From positions 36,332,001 to 36,396,000 of the forward strand of contig JBNRSN020000024.1 in assembly GCA_051313645.2 (NCBI GenBank): 64,000 nt of DNA, given 5' to 3'. This document shows, piece by piece, positions 1 through 11,924 of this stretch (positions within the stretch are counted from its first letter, which is position 1; the number at the start of each line of letters is the position of its first letter). Made by a program: the position numbers and the translations under genes. The notes below the pieces were generated by a model. It ran no database searches, was not told the DNA's origin, and was given only the letters and a program-made list of their open reading frames with translations. Source of the DNA: Centroscyllium fabricii. Taxonomy: Eukaryota.

Positions 1-1430
1 TCGCTAGTTATCCCATGGACTGTATTAGTCGCTAGTCATCCCACGGACTGTATTAGTCGCTAGTCATCCCACAGACTGTATTAGTCACTAGTCGACCCAC
101 GGACTGTATTAGTCGCTAGTCATCGCGCAGACTGTATTAGTCGCTAGTCATCCCACGGACTGTATTAGTCACCAGTCATCCCGTTGGCTGTATTAGTCGC
201 TGGTCATCCCACGGACTGTATTAGTCATTAGTTGACCCACAGACTGTATTAGGCACTAGTCATCAGACGGACTGTATTAGTCCCGAGTCATTCCATGGAC
301 TGTATTAGTCGCTAGTCATCCCATGGACTGTGTTAGTCACTAGTCATCAGACACCATAGCCATAGAAACTAGGAGCAGGAGTAGGCCATTTGGCCCTTCG
401 GCCAGACGGACTGTATTAGTCACTAGTCATCCTGTGAACTGTATTAGTCACTAGTCATCCCGTGGACTGTATTAGTCACTCATCATCCGCGGACTGTATT
501 AGTCACCAGTCATCCCACGGACTGTATTAGTCACGAGTCATCCCGTGAACTGTATTAGTCGCTAGTCATCCCATGGACTGTATTAGTCACTCATCATCCC
601 GCGGACTGTATCAGTCACTAGTCATCAGACGGACTGTATTAGTCACTAGTCATCCTGTGAACTGTATTAGTCACTAGTCATCCCGTAGACTGTATCAGTC
701 ACTAGTCATCGCGCGGACTGTATTAGTCACTAGTCATCCCGTGGACTGTATCAGTCACTAGTCATCGCGCGGACTGTATTAGTCACTAGTCATCCCACGG
801 ACTGTATTAGTCACGAGTCATACCGTGAACTGTATTAGTCGCTAGTCATTCCATGGACTGTATTAGTCACTAGTCATCGCGTGGACTGTATTAGTCACTA
901 ATCATCGCGTGGACTGTATTAGTCACTAGTCATCCCGTGGACTATTAGTCACTAGTCATCAGGCGGACTGCATTAGTCACTAGTCATCCCGTGGACTGTA
1001 TTAGTCACTAGTCATCAGGCAGACTGTATTAGTCACTAATCATCCCGTGGACTGTATTAGTCACTAGTCATCAAGCGGACTGTATTAGTCGCTTGTCATT
1101 CCACGGACTGTATTAGTCGCTAGTCATCCCGCGGACTGTATTAGTCACTAGTCGACCCATGGACTGTATTAGTCGCTAGTTATCCCACGGACTGTATTAG
1201 TCGCTAGTCATCGCGCGGACTGTATTAGTCGCTAGTTATCCCACGGACTGTATTAGTCGCTAGTCATCGCGCGGACTGTATTAGTCGCTCATCATCAGAC
1301 GGACTGTATTAGTCGCTAGTCATCCCGTGGACTGTATTAGTCACTAGTCACCCCGTGGACTGTATTAGTCACTAGTCACCCCGCGGACTGTATTAGTCAC
1401 TAGTCATCCCGCGGACTGCATTCGTCACCG
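1..1430. repeat. 28-bp minisatellite (GGACTGTATTAGTCACTAGTCATCCCGT-like), about 50 copies, runs off the window start
   Basis: GGAC recurs at 17, 45 and onward (period 28); units vary at a few positions; decays near 1430. Confidence 0.95.
353..402 (-). mobile_element. Very short CR1/SINE 3'-tail insertion inside the minisatellite
   Basis: CATAGAAACTAGGAGCAGGAGTAGGCCATTTGGCCCTTCG matches the tails at 3702, 16389 and 34169; CAGAC on both sides (348-352, 403-407). Confidence 0.8.
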
Positions 1431-1720
1431 GTCAGTGTTGCTCTCTGCACTTTTCTTCCCAATGAAGTGTGTTGTCCAACCCTCGACTAATGGGGCATAT
1501 ATTCTGTATACAATGTCACTGGCTTTAGGATGGCAAGTATCTGACAGAAATTCACCTGTTACCTACATCTGAGGAAACTCCTGCAGTTTACAAATACTGA
1601 CGCAGTCTAACACTCTTACACAGCCTTATCCAATATACACACATAACACACAACAAATCAGAAGCAAGGTAATTATAAATGCACAAGCAAAAAGAAAAAG
1701 TTATATATACAGGAGCATTA

Positions 1721-2877
1721 GACCCAGTGACAGGCAGTGGGCTGTTATATAGTGTACATGTGGACTGTTAAACCCAGTGACAGGCAGTGGGCTGTTATAT
1801 AGTGTACATGTGGAGTGTTAAACCCAGTGACAGGCAGTGGGCTGTTATATAGTGTACATGTGGACTGTTAAACCCAGTGACAGGCAGTGGACTGTTATAT
1901 AGTGTACATGTGGAGTGTTAAACCCAGTGACAGGCAGTGGACTGTTATATAGTGTACATGTGGAGTGTTAAACCCAGTGACAGGCAGTGGACTGTTATAT
2001 AGTGTACATGTGGAGTGTTAAACCCAGTGACAGGCAGTGGGCTGTTATATAGTGTACATGTGGACTGTTAAACCCAGTGACAGGCAGTGGACTGTTATAT
2101 AGTGTACATGTGGACTGTTAAACCCAGTGACAGGCAGTGGGCTGTTATATAGTATACATGTGGACTGTTAAACCCAGTGACAGGCAGTGGACTGTTATAT
2201 AGTGTACATGTGGAGTGTTAAACCCAGTGACAGGCAGTGGACTGTTATATAGTGTACATGTGGACTGTTAAACCCAGTGACAGGCAGTGGACTGTTATAT
2301 AGTGTACATGTGGACTGTTAAACCCAGTGACAGGCAGTGGACTGTTATATAGTGTACATGTGGACTGTTAAACCCAGTGACAGGCAGTGGGCTGTTATAT
2401 AGTGTACATGTGGACTGTTAAACCCAGTGACAGGCAGTGGACTGTTATATAGTGTACATGTGGAGTGTTAAACCCAGTGACAGGCAGTGGACTGTTATAT
2501 AGTGTACATGTGGACTGTTAAACCCAGTGACAGGCAGTGGACTGTTATATAGTGTACATGTGGACTGTTAAACCCAGTGACAGGCAGTGGACTGTTATAT
2601 AGTGTACATGTGGACTGTTAAACCCAGTGACAGGCAGTGGACTGTTATATAGTGTACATGTGGAGTGTTAAACCCAGTGACAGGCAGTGGGCTGTTATAT
2701 AGTGTACATGTGGACTGTTAAACCCAGTGACAGGCAGTGGACTGTTATATAGTGTACATGTGGAGTGTTAAACCCAGTGACAGGCAGTGGACTGTTATAT
2801 AGTGTACATGTGGAGTGTTAAACCCAGTGACAGGCAGTGGACTGTTATATAGTGTACATGTGGACTGTTAAACCCAG
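1721..2877. repeat. 50-bp minisatellite, about 23 near-identical copies
   Basis: AACCCAGTGACAGGCAGTGG(A/G)CTGTTATATAGTGTACATGTGGA(C/G)TGTTA with period 50. Confidence 0.97.
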
Positions 2878-2879
2878 GG

Positions 2880-3400
2880 ATGCTTCTGGAGAGTTCATTT
2901 ACATATGGAATCCGCTTAAGCATAATTAGGAATCACCTAAAAAATACACTTCACCCCACTTAAATAAAAACAAATGATCACACGTACAAAATTAATTAAA
3001 ATACAATTTAATTAAACATTTAAAATAAAAATTTTAGTTTTTTTGAAAAATAATTTTGAACATTTTTCAAGGGGCCAAAAATAACCTAAACTAATATTAA
3101 AGGTTTTTGTATGGTCAAATCATTTCGAAATTTTTATTTTAATATTTATTGAAACCTTTATGCTGGTAAAAGAAGGCCTTATGCCTGCTTTTACCAGGTG
3201 TAAGGGTTTCTTGGGCATTCGCTGGGCAGTAGTTGGGTAAATAACCCAACTCTCCACCAGCGAATGTCCATTTCCTGTGGATTCGTATGATCTGTCGAGC
3301 TAAAACTTGACCGATTGCAAGTTCCGGGTTATGCGTATGTGCATCACATGCAAAAACCCGGAACCTGTGGGGCACTTATGATTGCGTACGCTTGCCATGA
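2880..3400 (+). mobile_element. Truncated copy of the non-autonomous DNA transposon family seen at 10644-11377
   Basis: Shares the AT-rich core, GCTTTTACCAGG and the GATTGCAAGT-CCGGGTT...AAACCCGG blocks with about 10930-11330. Confidence 0.65.
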
Positions 3401-4053
3401 TCCATGATGTCATCTCTTCACAACACAGCCTTGTAACATATGCTCGGCCACAGTTCATTCTCAATGGTATATGGTGCAGAGACCAGTGGTATTGTTTGAT
3501 TTTATGACGCATGTTAAAGAATGTCAATTAAGAATAATATGAGCGGGAAGACAAACCCTACGTATGCGGAACCCTGGCAGAGAAATATGCATTTTATTGG
3601 TCTGACTTAATACTTGTGGGTTTCTGTGGTTCTTCCGTTCCTTTCTCCTGTCCTTGGATCCTCCGTGAAGCCCTTTTCCCATCAGATTTTGGATTGCTAG
3701 TCATAGAAACATAGAAGATAGGAGCAGGAGTAGGCCATTCGGCCCTTCGAGCCTGCTCCGCCATTCAATGAGATCATGGCTGATCATCCAAACCCAGTAC
3801 CCTGTCCCTGCCCTGTCCCCAAATCCCTCGATCCCTATCGAGCCTGCACCGACACATAACCCACCCTATCCCCGTAACCCCACATATTCAATCCCCCTAA
3901 CACCAAGGGTCAATTTATCATGGCCAATCAACCTAACCCGCACATCTTTGGACTGTGGGAGGAAACCGGAGCACCCGGAGGAAACCCACGCAGACACGGG
4001 GAGAATGTGCAAACGCCACACAGATTGTACCCGAAGCTAGATTTGAACCCGGG

Positions 4054-4356
4054 TGTGGTAACCGTTCTATATGTACTCGTTTACCACCTCAATATTGTTG
4101 CCAATATTGTATTGCATGTATGGCTGGCCGGGTGCATAATACACTGCCTTGTATTGCGACACTGTCACGGGGTCAGGTCAGCCACACCTCTAACTCCTCC
4201 CCTCAGGTGAGTGCCTTATAGGTGGGGACTGACGTGCCCCCATTCATTCTGTACCTGATGTTCGATCGGAGCGTAGCTCCTTTGTAAGCTAATAAAAGCC
4301 TCTAGTTAAGGTAACTACGCGTCTTTAGTTTCATTAAGACTATTGACGATACGTCA
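4054..4356 (+). repeat. 5' LTR (303 bp)
   Basis: TGTGGTAACC...ACGTCA; AATAAA at 4291; about 9 substitutions and 1 indel against the 3' LTR (counted by eye). Confidence 0.96.
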
Positions 4357-4380
4357 ATTTTATTAGCTTAAACATTTGAA

Positions 4381-7300
4381 ATGGAGAGCGGCGCTGTAAA
4401 ACCCGAGAAGCTGGACATTAGTCCACAGGACCCAGCCGCCGCCAACACCTTCGAACACTGGTTCGGCCTCGTCGAGGCCTACATAGACGCCGCCAAGGCT
4501 ACAACTGATGCGAACAAATTACACGTTCTCCGGTCCAGGATCTCCAGCCGAGTTTTCTCCTACATCCGCGACGCTACGACGTACACCGCAGCCGTGGATA
4601 AATTGAAGAAATGCTACGAGCGCCCGGTCCACTCTGTCTACGCCAGACATGTGCTCGCGACCAGACCGCAACTATCAAGTGAGTCTAACGAGCAGTTCCT
4701 GCTGGCGCTCCAAGCTCTCGTCCGGGCCTGTGACTGCCAACCACGGACGGCACAAGAGGAGGCAAACCTCCTCGTCCGGGACGCCTATGTAACCGGACTC
4801 AAGTCCGCAGAGGCCCGCCAGCGGCTGCTGAAGAAGGACACTTTAACTTTAGATGAGGCGATCTCCGTCTCCAACGCCGTGGAGGGCGCACGCCGCAAGC
4901 TACAGGCGTACGGCGGCCCAAACCCACACGCTACCTTCGACTCCTGGGCAACCCCACAACGGGTCGAGACCCCCACAACAGTAGCGGCAGCTGCGAAGAC
5001 GCCGGCGGGGAAGAGATGTTACTTCTGCGGCCAGGGACGACACCCACGGGCGAAATGCCCAGCGAGGACCGCGACGTGCGAGAGGTGCTCGAAAAAGGGA
5101 CACTATGCCAAGGCCTGCAAATCGGCCCCGGCGTCTAGCTCCAGGTACAACAGCGCAGCCTGCGAAAGCTCGAACACCAGCCCTTGGCCTCAGGTAAGCT
5201 GCAGCTGCAGCGCGATACAGCGACGGTCCGGGGGTAGAGTACAAGCGCCCCCGTCCCCCACCCTGAGGCCCACGGCACGCCAAACTCAGCCACGATCGGC
5301 TATGTGCGACCCCCCAACGCCGGCATCCCGCCCAGCGCGGCCCGCTGCGTGCGAATCATGGGCACCGCCAACCCAGCCACCGCGGCTCGCTGCGTGCGAA
5401 TCACGGGCACCGCCAACCCAGCCACCGTGGCTCGCTGCGTGCGAACCACGGGCACCGCCACCGCGGCCACAGCGACCCACCACGTGCGACCCCCCGGCGC
5501 TGCCATCTTGTCTCCAGCGGCCAGCCATGTGCGACTCCCCGGCGCCGCCATCTTGTCTCCAATGGCCAGCCATGTGCGACCCCCCGGCGCCGCCATCTTG
5601 TCTTCAGCGGCCAGCCATGTGCGAACCACGGGCGCCGCCATCTTGTGCAAGGCCCCGGCCAACGGGGGGCCCCCACACACGCACTTCGGCCTCAGCCACC
5701 CTGAAAGTCAATCAGGCTAGGCCGCACACCCTATCGAACTCAATGATGGGGATTAAAGTTAACGGCCATGCCACTAACTGCCTGTTCGACACCGGAAGCA
5801 CAGAGAGCTTCATCCACCCCGATGCAGCGCAGCGCTACGGACTGCAGATCCTGCCCACACGCTACCAAGTCTCCCTAGCTTCACAGTCCCACACCGCGGA
5901 CGTCACCAGCTACTGCTCCGTCACGCTCACAGTTAAGGACTGCGTGTACCGTAATTTTAAACTGTAAATACTCAAACAGTTGTGCTCCCCAGTCTTACTG
6001 GGACTGGATTTCCAGTGCCACCTTAAGAGCGTGACAATGGAGTTCGGTGGGACCCTGCCCCCCCTCACCGTCAGTAGCCGGGACAATCCCTTCCTAAAGC
6101 GGAGCCCGACCTGCGGCCTTTCCACCCTGAAAGTCCACCCCCCCTCACTGTTCGCCAACCTCGACCCCAAATGCAAGCCCATTGCTACCAAGAGTCAGCG
6201 TTACAGTGCAGGGGATCGGACATTTATCAGGTCGGAGGTCGGGCGTATGCTGAAGGAGGGGATAATTGAAGCCAGCACCAGCCCCTGGCGGGCCCAGGTC
6301 GTAGTGGTTAAGACTGGCGAGAAACAGCGGATGGTGATCGATTACAGCCAGACAATTAACCGCTACACCGGGCTCGACGCCTACCCCCTTCCCCGCATCT
6401 CGGATATGGTTAACCAGATCGCCCAGTACAAGGTGTTCTCCACAATCGACCTCAAGTCGGCGTATCACCAACTCCCGATCTGGAAAGCCGACCGCCCGTA
6501 CACCGCCTTCGAGGCGAACGGTCGGCTCTACCACTTCCTCCGGGTCCCCTTCGGCGTGACAACGGAGTGTCGGTATTCCAGAGGGAGATGGACCGTATGG
6601 TTGACCAGAACGGGTTGCAGGCCACCTTCCCCTACCTGGACAACGTGACCATCTGCGGCCATGACCAGCAGGACCACGATGCCAACCTGGCCAAATTTCT
6701 CCACACGGCGAAACGGCTTGATCTCAGGTACAATAAAGATAAGTGCGTCTTTAGTACAGATCGGCTCGCCATCCTCGGATACATGGTGGAAAACGGGGTC
6801 CTCGGCCCCGACCCACAGCGTATGCGCCCCTTGCAGGAACTGCCCCTTCCTCACAACCCCAAAGCCCTGAAGAGATGTCTGGGATTTTTCTCCTATTACG
6901 CGCAATGGGTTCCCCAGTTCGCGGATAAGGCCAGACCGCTCCTTAAGGCTGCCGTCTTCCCCCTCTCGGTAGAAGCCCAAACGGCATTCGCCCGGATCAA
7001 GGAAGATATCATCAAGGCGACCATGCACGCCGTTGATGTGTCCATCCCTTTCCAGGTGGAGAGTGACGCTTTGGACTTTGCCCTTGCTGCCACCCTGAAT
7101 CAGGCAGGCAGGCCCGTAGCGTTTTTCTCCCGCACCCTACAGGGACCCGAAACTCGCCACTCTGCAGTGGAAAAGGAGGCCCAGGCCATCGTGGAGGCCG
7201 TGCGCTACTGGCGTCATTACCTGGCCGGTAAGCGTTTTACCCTGCTCACCGACCAACGGTCGGTCGCGTTTATGTTTAATAATAAACAAAAGGGTAAAAT

Positions 7301-8693
7301 CAAGAATGATAAGATCCTGTGGTGGCGGATCGAGCTCTCGACTTACGAGTACGACATTCTTTACCGACCAGGCAAACTCAATGAACCCCCGGACGCGCTG
7401 TCCAGGGGAACGTGCGCCAGTGCCCAGCTAGACCGGCTGAAGGATCTCCACGATCGACTCTGCCACCCGGGTGTCACCAGACTTGCCCACTTCGTTAAAT
7501 CCCGTAGCCTCCCCTACTCCATCACGGAGATCAAGGCTATGACCCAAGAGTGCCCTGTTTGCGCCGAGTGCAAACCCCAATTTTTCCAGCCAGACACGGC
7601 GCACCTCATTAAGGCCACCCGCCCCTTTGAACGTCTAAGCGTGGACTTCAAAGGCCCCCTCCCCTCCACCGACCACAACTCGTACTTCCTCACGGTAGTA
7701 GACGAGTTCTCCCGCTTCCCCTTCGCCTTCCCCTGCCCAGATATGACGAGCGCAACGGTGATCAAACACTTCACCACGCTGTTCGCCATTTTCGGTCTCC
7801 CCAGCTACATCCATAGCGACCGGGGGTCGTCGTTCATGAGCGACGAACTGCGTCAGTTTCTGCTCCAGAAAGGGGTTGCCTCAAGCAGAACGACCAGTTA
7901 CAACCCCCGGGGGAACGGCCAGGTAGAAAGGGAGAACGGGATCATCTGGAAGGCGGTCAGCCTGGCTCTGAAGTCCAGAGGCCTTCCAGTGTCCCGTTGG
8001 TAGGCAGTCCTCCCGGATGCGCTGCACTCGATCCGCTCTCTGTTGTGTACGGCCACCAACGCCACACCTCATGATTTACTTTTTTCCTTCCCCAGGAAGT
8101 CGACTTCGGGGACAGCCCTCCCACCATGGCTGACGATGCCGGGGCCGGTCTTGCTTAGAAAGCACGTCCGCGGCCATAAGACCGACCCCCTGGTAGACAA
8201 GGTGCAGCTGCTGCACGCCAACCCGCAGTACGCGTACGTGCAGTTCCCGGACGGGCGCAAGGACACCGTCTCCATCAGGGACCTAGCGCCCGCCGGAAGC
8301 ACCGCAGCAGAGCCCTTGGCCGGGCCCCAGCATGTCCAGCCACTACATTTCGGCCACCTCCAGCCACTACATCTTGACCACTGGCCGATACATCACCCTC
8401 AACCCACCGGAGGCTGGCCGCTACTACCGTACACACCACAGCCCCCGCCATTGCCAGCTGAGGACCAGGAAGCAGACGACCAGCCGCAGGCACAGCAGCA
8501 ACCGCAGGGCTCGGCCCCACCGCCACCACCAGCACCTACAGTGCCGGCACCAGCGCCGCCGCCACCACCGACACCAGTGCCGACACTGCAAGCACCTGAA
8601 CCGTTAACAGAGACCCGGCGGTCCTCCAGACAGACGCGGCCGCCGGATAAACTCATCCTGAACTGCTCGGTCCATTCACCCCGCCGGACTTAA
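4381..8693 (+). pseudogene. Disrupted single gag-pol ORF: gag with zinc knuckles, protease, RT, RNase H, integrase
   Basis: CYFCGQGRH..C and CERCSKKGHYAKAC knuckles; LFDTGS protease; DLKSAYHQ, VPFG and YLDN in RT; VESDA in RNase H; HHCC, DFKGP, HSDRG and GQVER in integrase. In-frame stops at 5965 and 8001 and a 1-nt frameshift near 6563. Confidence 0.93.
5300..5650 (+). repeat. In-frame 45-nt (15-aa) tandem repeat in the gag-protease linker, about 8 units
   Basis: GCTGCGTGCGAA recurs three times 45 nt apart; GCCATCTTG at 5502, 5547, 5592, 5637. Confidence 0.9.
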
Positions 8694-8712
8694 TTTTCAA
8701 AGAAGGGGTGAA

Positions 8713-9014
8713 TGTGGTAACCATTATATATGTACTCGTTTACCACCTCAATATTGTTGCCAATATTGTATTGCATGTATAGCGGCCGGGTGCATAATAC
8801 ACTGCCTTGTATTGCGACACTGTCGCGGGGTCAGGTCAGCCACACCTCTAACTCCTCCCCTCAGGTGAGTGCCTTATAGGTGGGGACTGACCTGCCCCCA
8901 TTCATTCTGTACCTGATGTTCGATCGGAGCGTAGCTCCTTTGTAAGCTAATAAAAGCCTCTAGTTAAGGTAACTACGTGTCTTTAGTTTCAATAAGACTA
9001 TTAACAATACGTCA
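8713..9014 (+). repeat. 3' LTR (302 bp)
   Basis: Direct repeat of 4054-4356. Confidence 0.96.
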
Positions 9015-9951
9015 CCGGGTCTCTAGTGCTGTAAGGCAACAATGCTAACCACTATGCCACCATGCCGCCCATTTGCATTTCCATAGTCCTTTAATTTGCA
9101 CTTTCTACCACACCATGCTAGCCAATGGTTTGCACTCCAACAGAGCATGTGTCACTCACGGTTCAGCACAACCGATTGTAAGGTGATGTCGTGGCAGAAA
9201 GTACCAGCTCTATTAGCAGTGACAGTTGGTGGAATACCAGGGGCAGGGCTTCTGCATGTGGTGACTTGATGACCATTCAATGAAATAATGGAGAACTGAA
9301 ATATATTAAGCTTTACATTCCCCTTACTGTCTATCCTGTGAATGTTCACACCAACATCCATCCCAGCATCTAACTCAATACAATCTGTCCCCTGAACATG
9401 CTTCCTTAATGCAATCTATCCTGCTCTAATCTACTCTATATTCAAATATAATCTGTGCTACCCAATGAAGTCTATCTCCAATTCTGATCAATGTATCTGT
9501 CCTGATCTATGGCAGTACAGCGTGTCCCATTGTTATGTATCCTATTTCTAATGTATTCCAAAAGAGTCTGCTCTCTCCCAACCTCATCTAATCTATTCAC
9601 AATATAATGTAGCAGAATGCAATAGGTCCTTGTCAAATCAATACCAAGGCAGTGTCTTATAAATAAACCTAGCCTGATATAATTCACCCTGTTATAATAT
9701 ATCCCAATACAATCATTCCGAATAAAATCCCTCCAGTGCAATCTGCCCAATTAGTCTAACTGGATATAATGTGGCCCAGCTACAGCACATTCTGTTTTTT
9801 TCACCTCTACCTTCTTGCCTAGTGTAAGCATCAAGAACTCCAAGTAGATAGTGTAATGTGTTTAAATCACAGAGACAGAGACAGAGATGTGTGTTCAGCC
9901 ATTGCTCGAGGCTAACTGTTTAATCCAGTTTCACTTTCTGCTAACCCTCTG

Positions 9952-9965
9952 TTGCCCCCTACTGG
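9952..9965 (-). promoter_or_regulatory. CTCF-consensus-like motif
   Basis: Reverse complement CCAGTAGGGGGCAA fits the CCASYAGRKGGC core; motif match only. Confidence 0.35.
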
Positions 9966-10643
9966 GCAGAGGGTAACTATCACCACAGATATCACATGGC
10001 AAAGCATGGTCTTCACTCTACTGTAACCACGTACCTTCAATTCAGTGGATGAACGCCCCTTTTGCACTAGTGTGACTTCCTCTACTTCCCGCACAAGCCA
10101 TCCCGAGAGAGATTGCCCGTTTATTGTCAATTGTGCCAGATTATGTGTAGTTTAATGGCATGGACCAATGTCCATTAGGCCTGGCCCAAGGCTGACTTCA
10201 ATTTTTGTAAGATCTTACAGCCAGCCGATAGACGAACCTTTCGTTCTGCCAGTTTAAGCTGAAGCATTCAGTACAGTTGAATCTTTTCTAATAAAATCTG
10301 CCTGTTGCAATCTATCTCAAATCAATCTATACCAAACCAACCTATAGATGCAATCAAGTCAAATCTTACAATTGGCAAAGCCTACCTCAGGACGGTCCTG
10401 ACATGATAGGTCTTTGTACAGTGCACCTAATGCCACCTATTTATCGCCATTTCATCTATTCCAATCTATCCCAATATATTTATCATAGTTTAATCCATTC
10501 CAATACAGCCTACATTTCTTGCAGTTCATTTATTGCAGTTAATTTAATCCAATGCAAAGCATCCCAGGATATATGTACTTTTTAAAATCAAAATAAACTC
10601 CAATGACATGGATGGGAAACAGACCTATTGTCCCTGTGAGATA

Positions 10644-11377
10644 AGCCCTGAATTTCCGATCGGAGGCTTCCTGCGGCGGATGCCTCCGATTGGAAAAAAT
10701 CTACGCACTTACCTGCTGGCTCCATAGGTCCCGAGACTTGCGATCCTGGGCCGCTGCTCTACCAAATGCTCCGAGGCCCAGGTATCCCAGGGGCGCAGGC
10801 AGTTCGCAAGCATCCCTGAGATCACGTGGGTCTTAGGGAACTAATCGAAGAAGGGAATCCCCCTTCACACTTTTGACGGGTCTCTTCAGCACAGAACTGT
10901 CAAAAGTCTGAATGGGGTTCACATTTAAAAAAGCAGTTAAACATTAAATACATTTTTTAAATCACATTTAAAATCAGTTAAAATTACATTAAATTAAATA
11001 TTTTAAACATTTAATTTTTTTAAAAAAATAGTTAAAGTTTTTGACGGGGCTAAAAATAAATATACCTTTTTTTAAAGTATTTTTAAATTATAAATGAGTG
11101 AAAACATTTTATTTTTATATTTTTTTTAAACTCTTATGCTGCAGCTTTTACCAGGCGTAAGATTTTTTAAAGGTTTTCAGCGGGCAGAGGTTGTGCAGAA
11201 AGCGGAAGTCTCTGCCCGCGGAGGCCCTTTTCACGGGCAGGTGAACGATCTGTCAAGAGAATTCTTGACAGATTGCAAGTGCCGGGTTTTAGCGCATGTG
11301 CTTCGCATGCCTAAACCCGGCACTAGCGAGGCCCCTACGGGTGCGTACACAACCGAGGGGGTCGGAAAATCCGGCCC
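10644..11377. mobile_element. Harbinger-like non-autonomous DNA transposon
   Basis: Imperfect TIRs AGCCCTGAATTTCCGA / TCGGAAAATCCGGCCC (12 of 16); ATA and ATT flanks; related copy at 2880-3400. Confidence 0.6.
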
Positions 11378-11924
11378 ATTATGTTTAAGCACTGCCATGT
11401 CACCTGTACGTACACCACTGTGCCAGACTTGTCAGCTGGGAGATGTGGCAGGGACCCAAAGAAGTTGTGATTTGCGAATTTATAATATTCAAATACAATT
11501 CGTATGCCCTGACCTGTACAAGATTTAAAGCCAGATTCTGTTGTTCTGCCCAAATGTTAGAATGTAAATTGTGAATCACGGGATAGTGTTCCCGTTTTGG
11601 GTGCAATCGAGAAATTGCACCCAAAATATGCTTGAAATTGCGCTCGTTAGGTCACAGTTTAAGTTTCTGCTAAAATTAATTTGCATAATCACAAACTTAA
11701 AATCTTCAATGAACCAGTGCAGTTGGGCAGCATAATAGAATCTTTTTTTTTCTTTCCATCAAAAAGTATTCCTTGATGTATTTAAGACTGATAAACTGGT
11801 GCAGTTTATTAATACAGCTGAAAATGAGAATATTACTAAAAATAAGCATTCTTATTAAGAGCGTCCAGTCCTCCACCTGCGAGTAACCTGATTTAAAATC
11901 ACTGAAAATGACTTTAAAAGACTA

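Larger units (their letters stand above)
4054..9014 (+). mobile_element. Full-length Ty3/Gypsy LTR retrotransposon, 4961 bp
   Basis: TG...CA LTRs; TSD CCGGG (4049-4053, 9015-9019); polypurine tract AAAGAAGGGGTGAA before the 3' LTR; gag-PR-RT-RH-IN order. Confidence 0.97.
3702..9070 (-). mobile_element. tRNA-derived HE1-like SINE with CR1-type tail, split by the Gypsy insertion (3702-4053 and 9015-9070)
   Basis: The two halves join as TTTGAACCCGGG/TCTCTAGTGCTG, matching the intact copy at 15755-16150. Confidence 0.9.

Noticed and set aside
1-2877. CRISPR-like regular repeats
   Set aside because: Head-to-tail tandem units with no unique spacers, in a vertebrate context
4785-8656. Many antisense and alternate-frame ORFs within the Gypsy element
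   Set aside because: Expected shadows of GC-rich coding sequence; no recognisable domains and no env-like ORF
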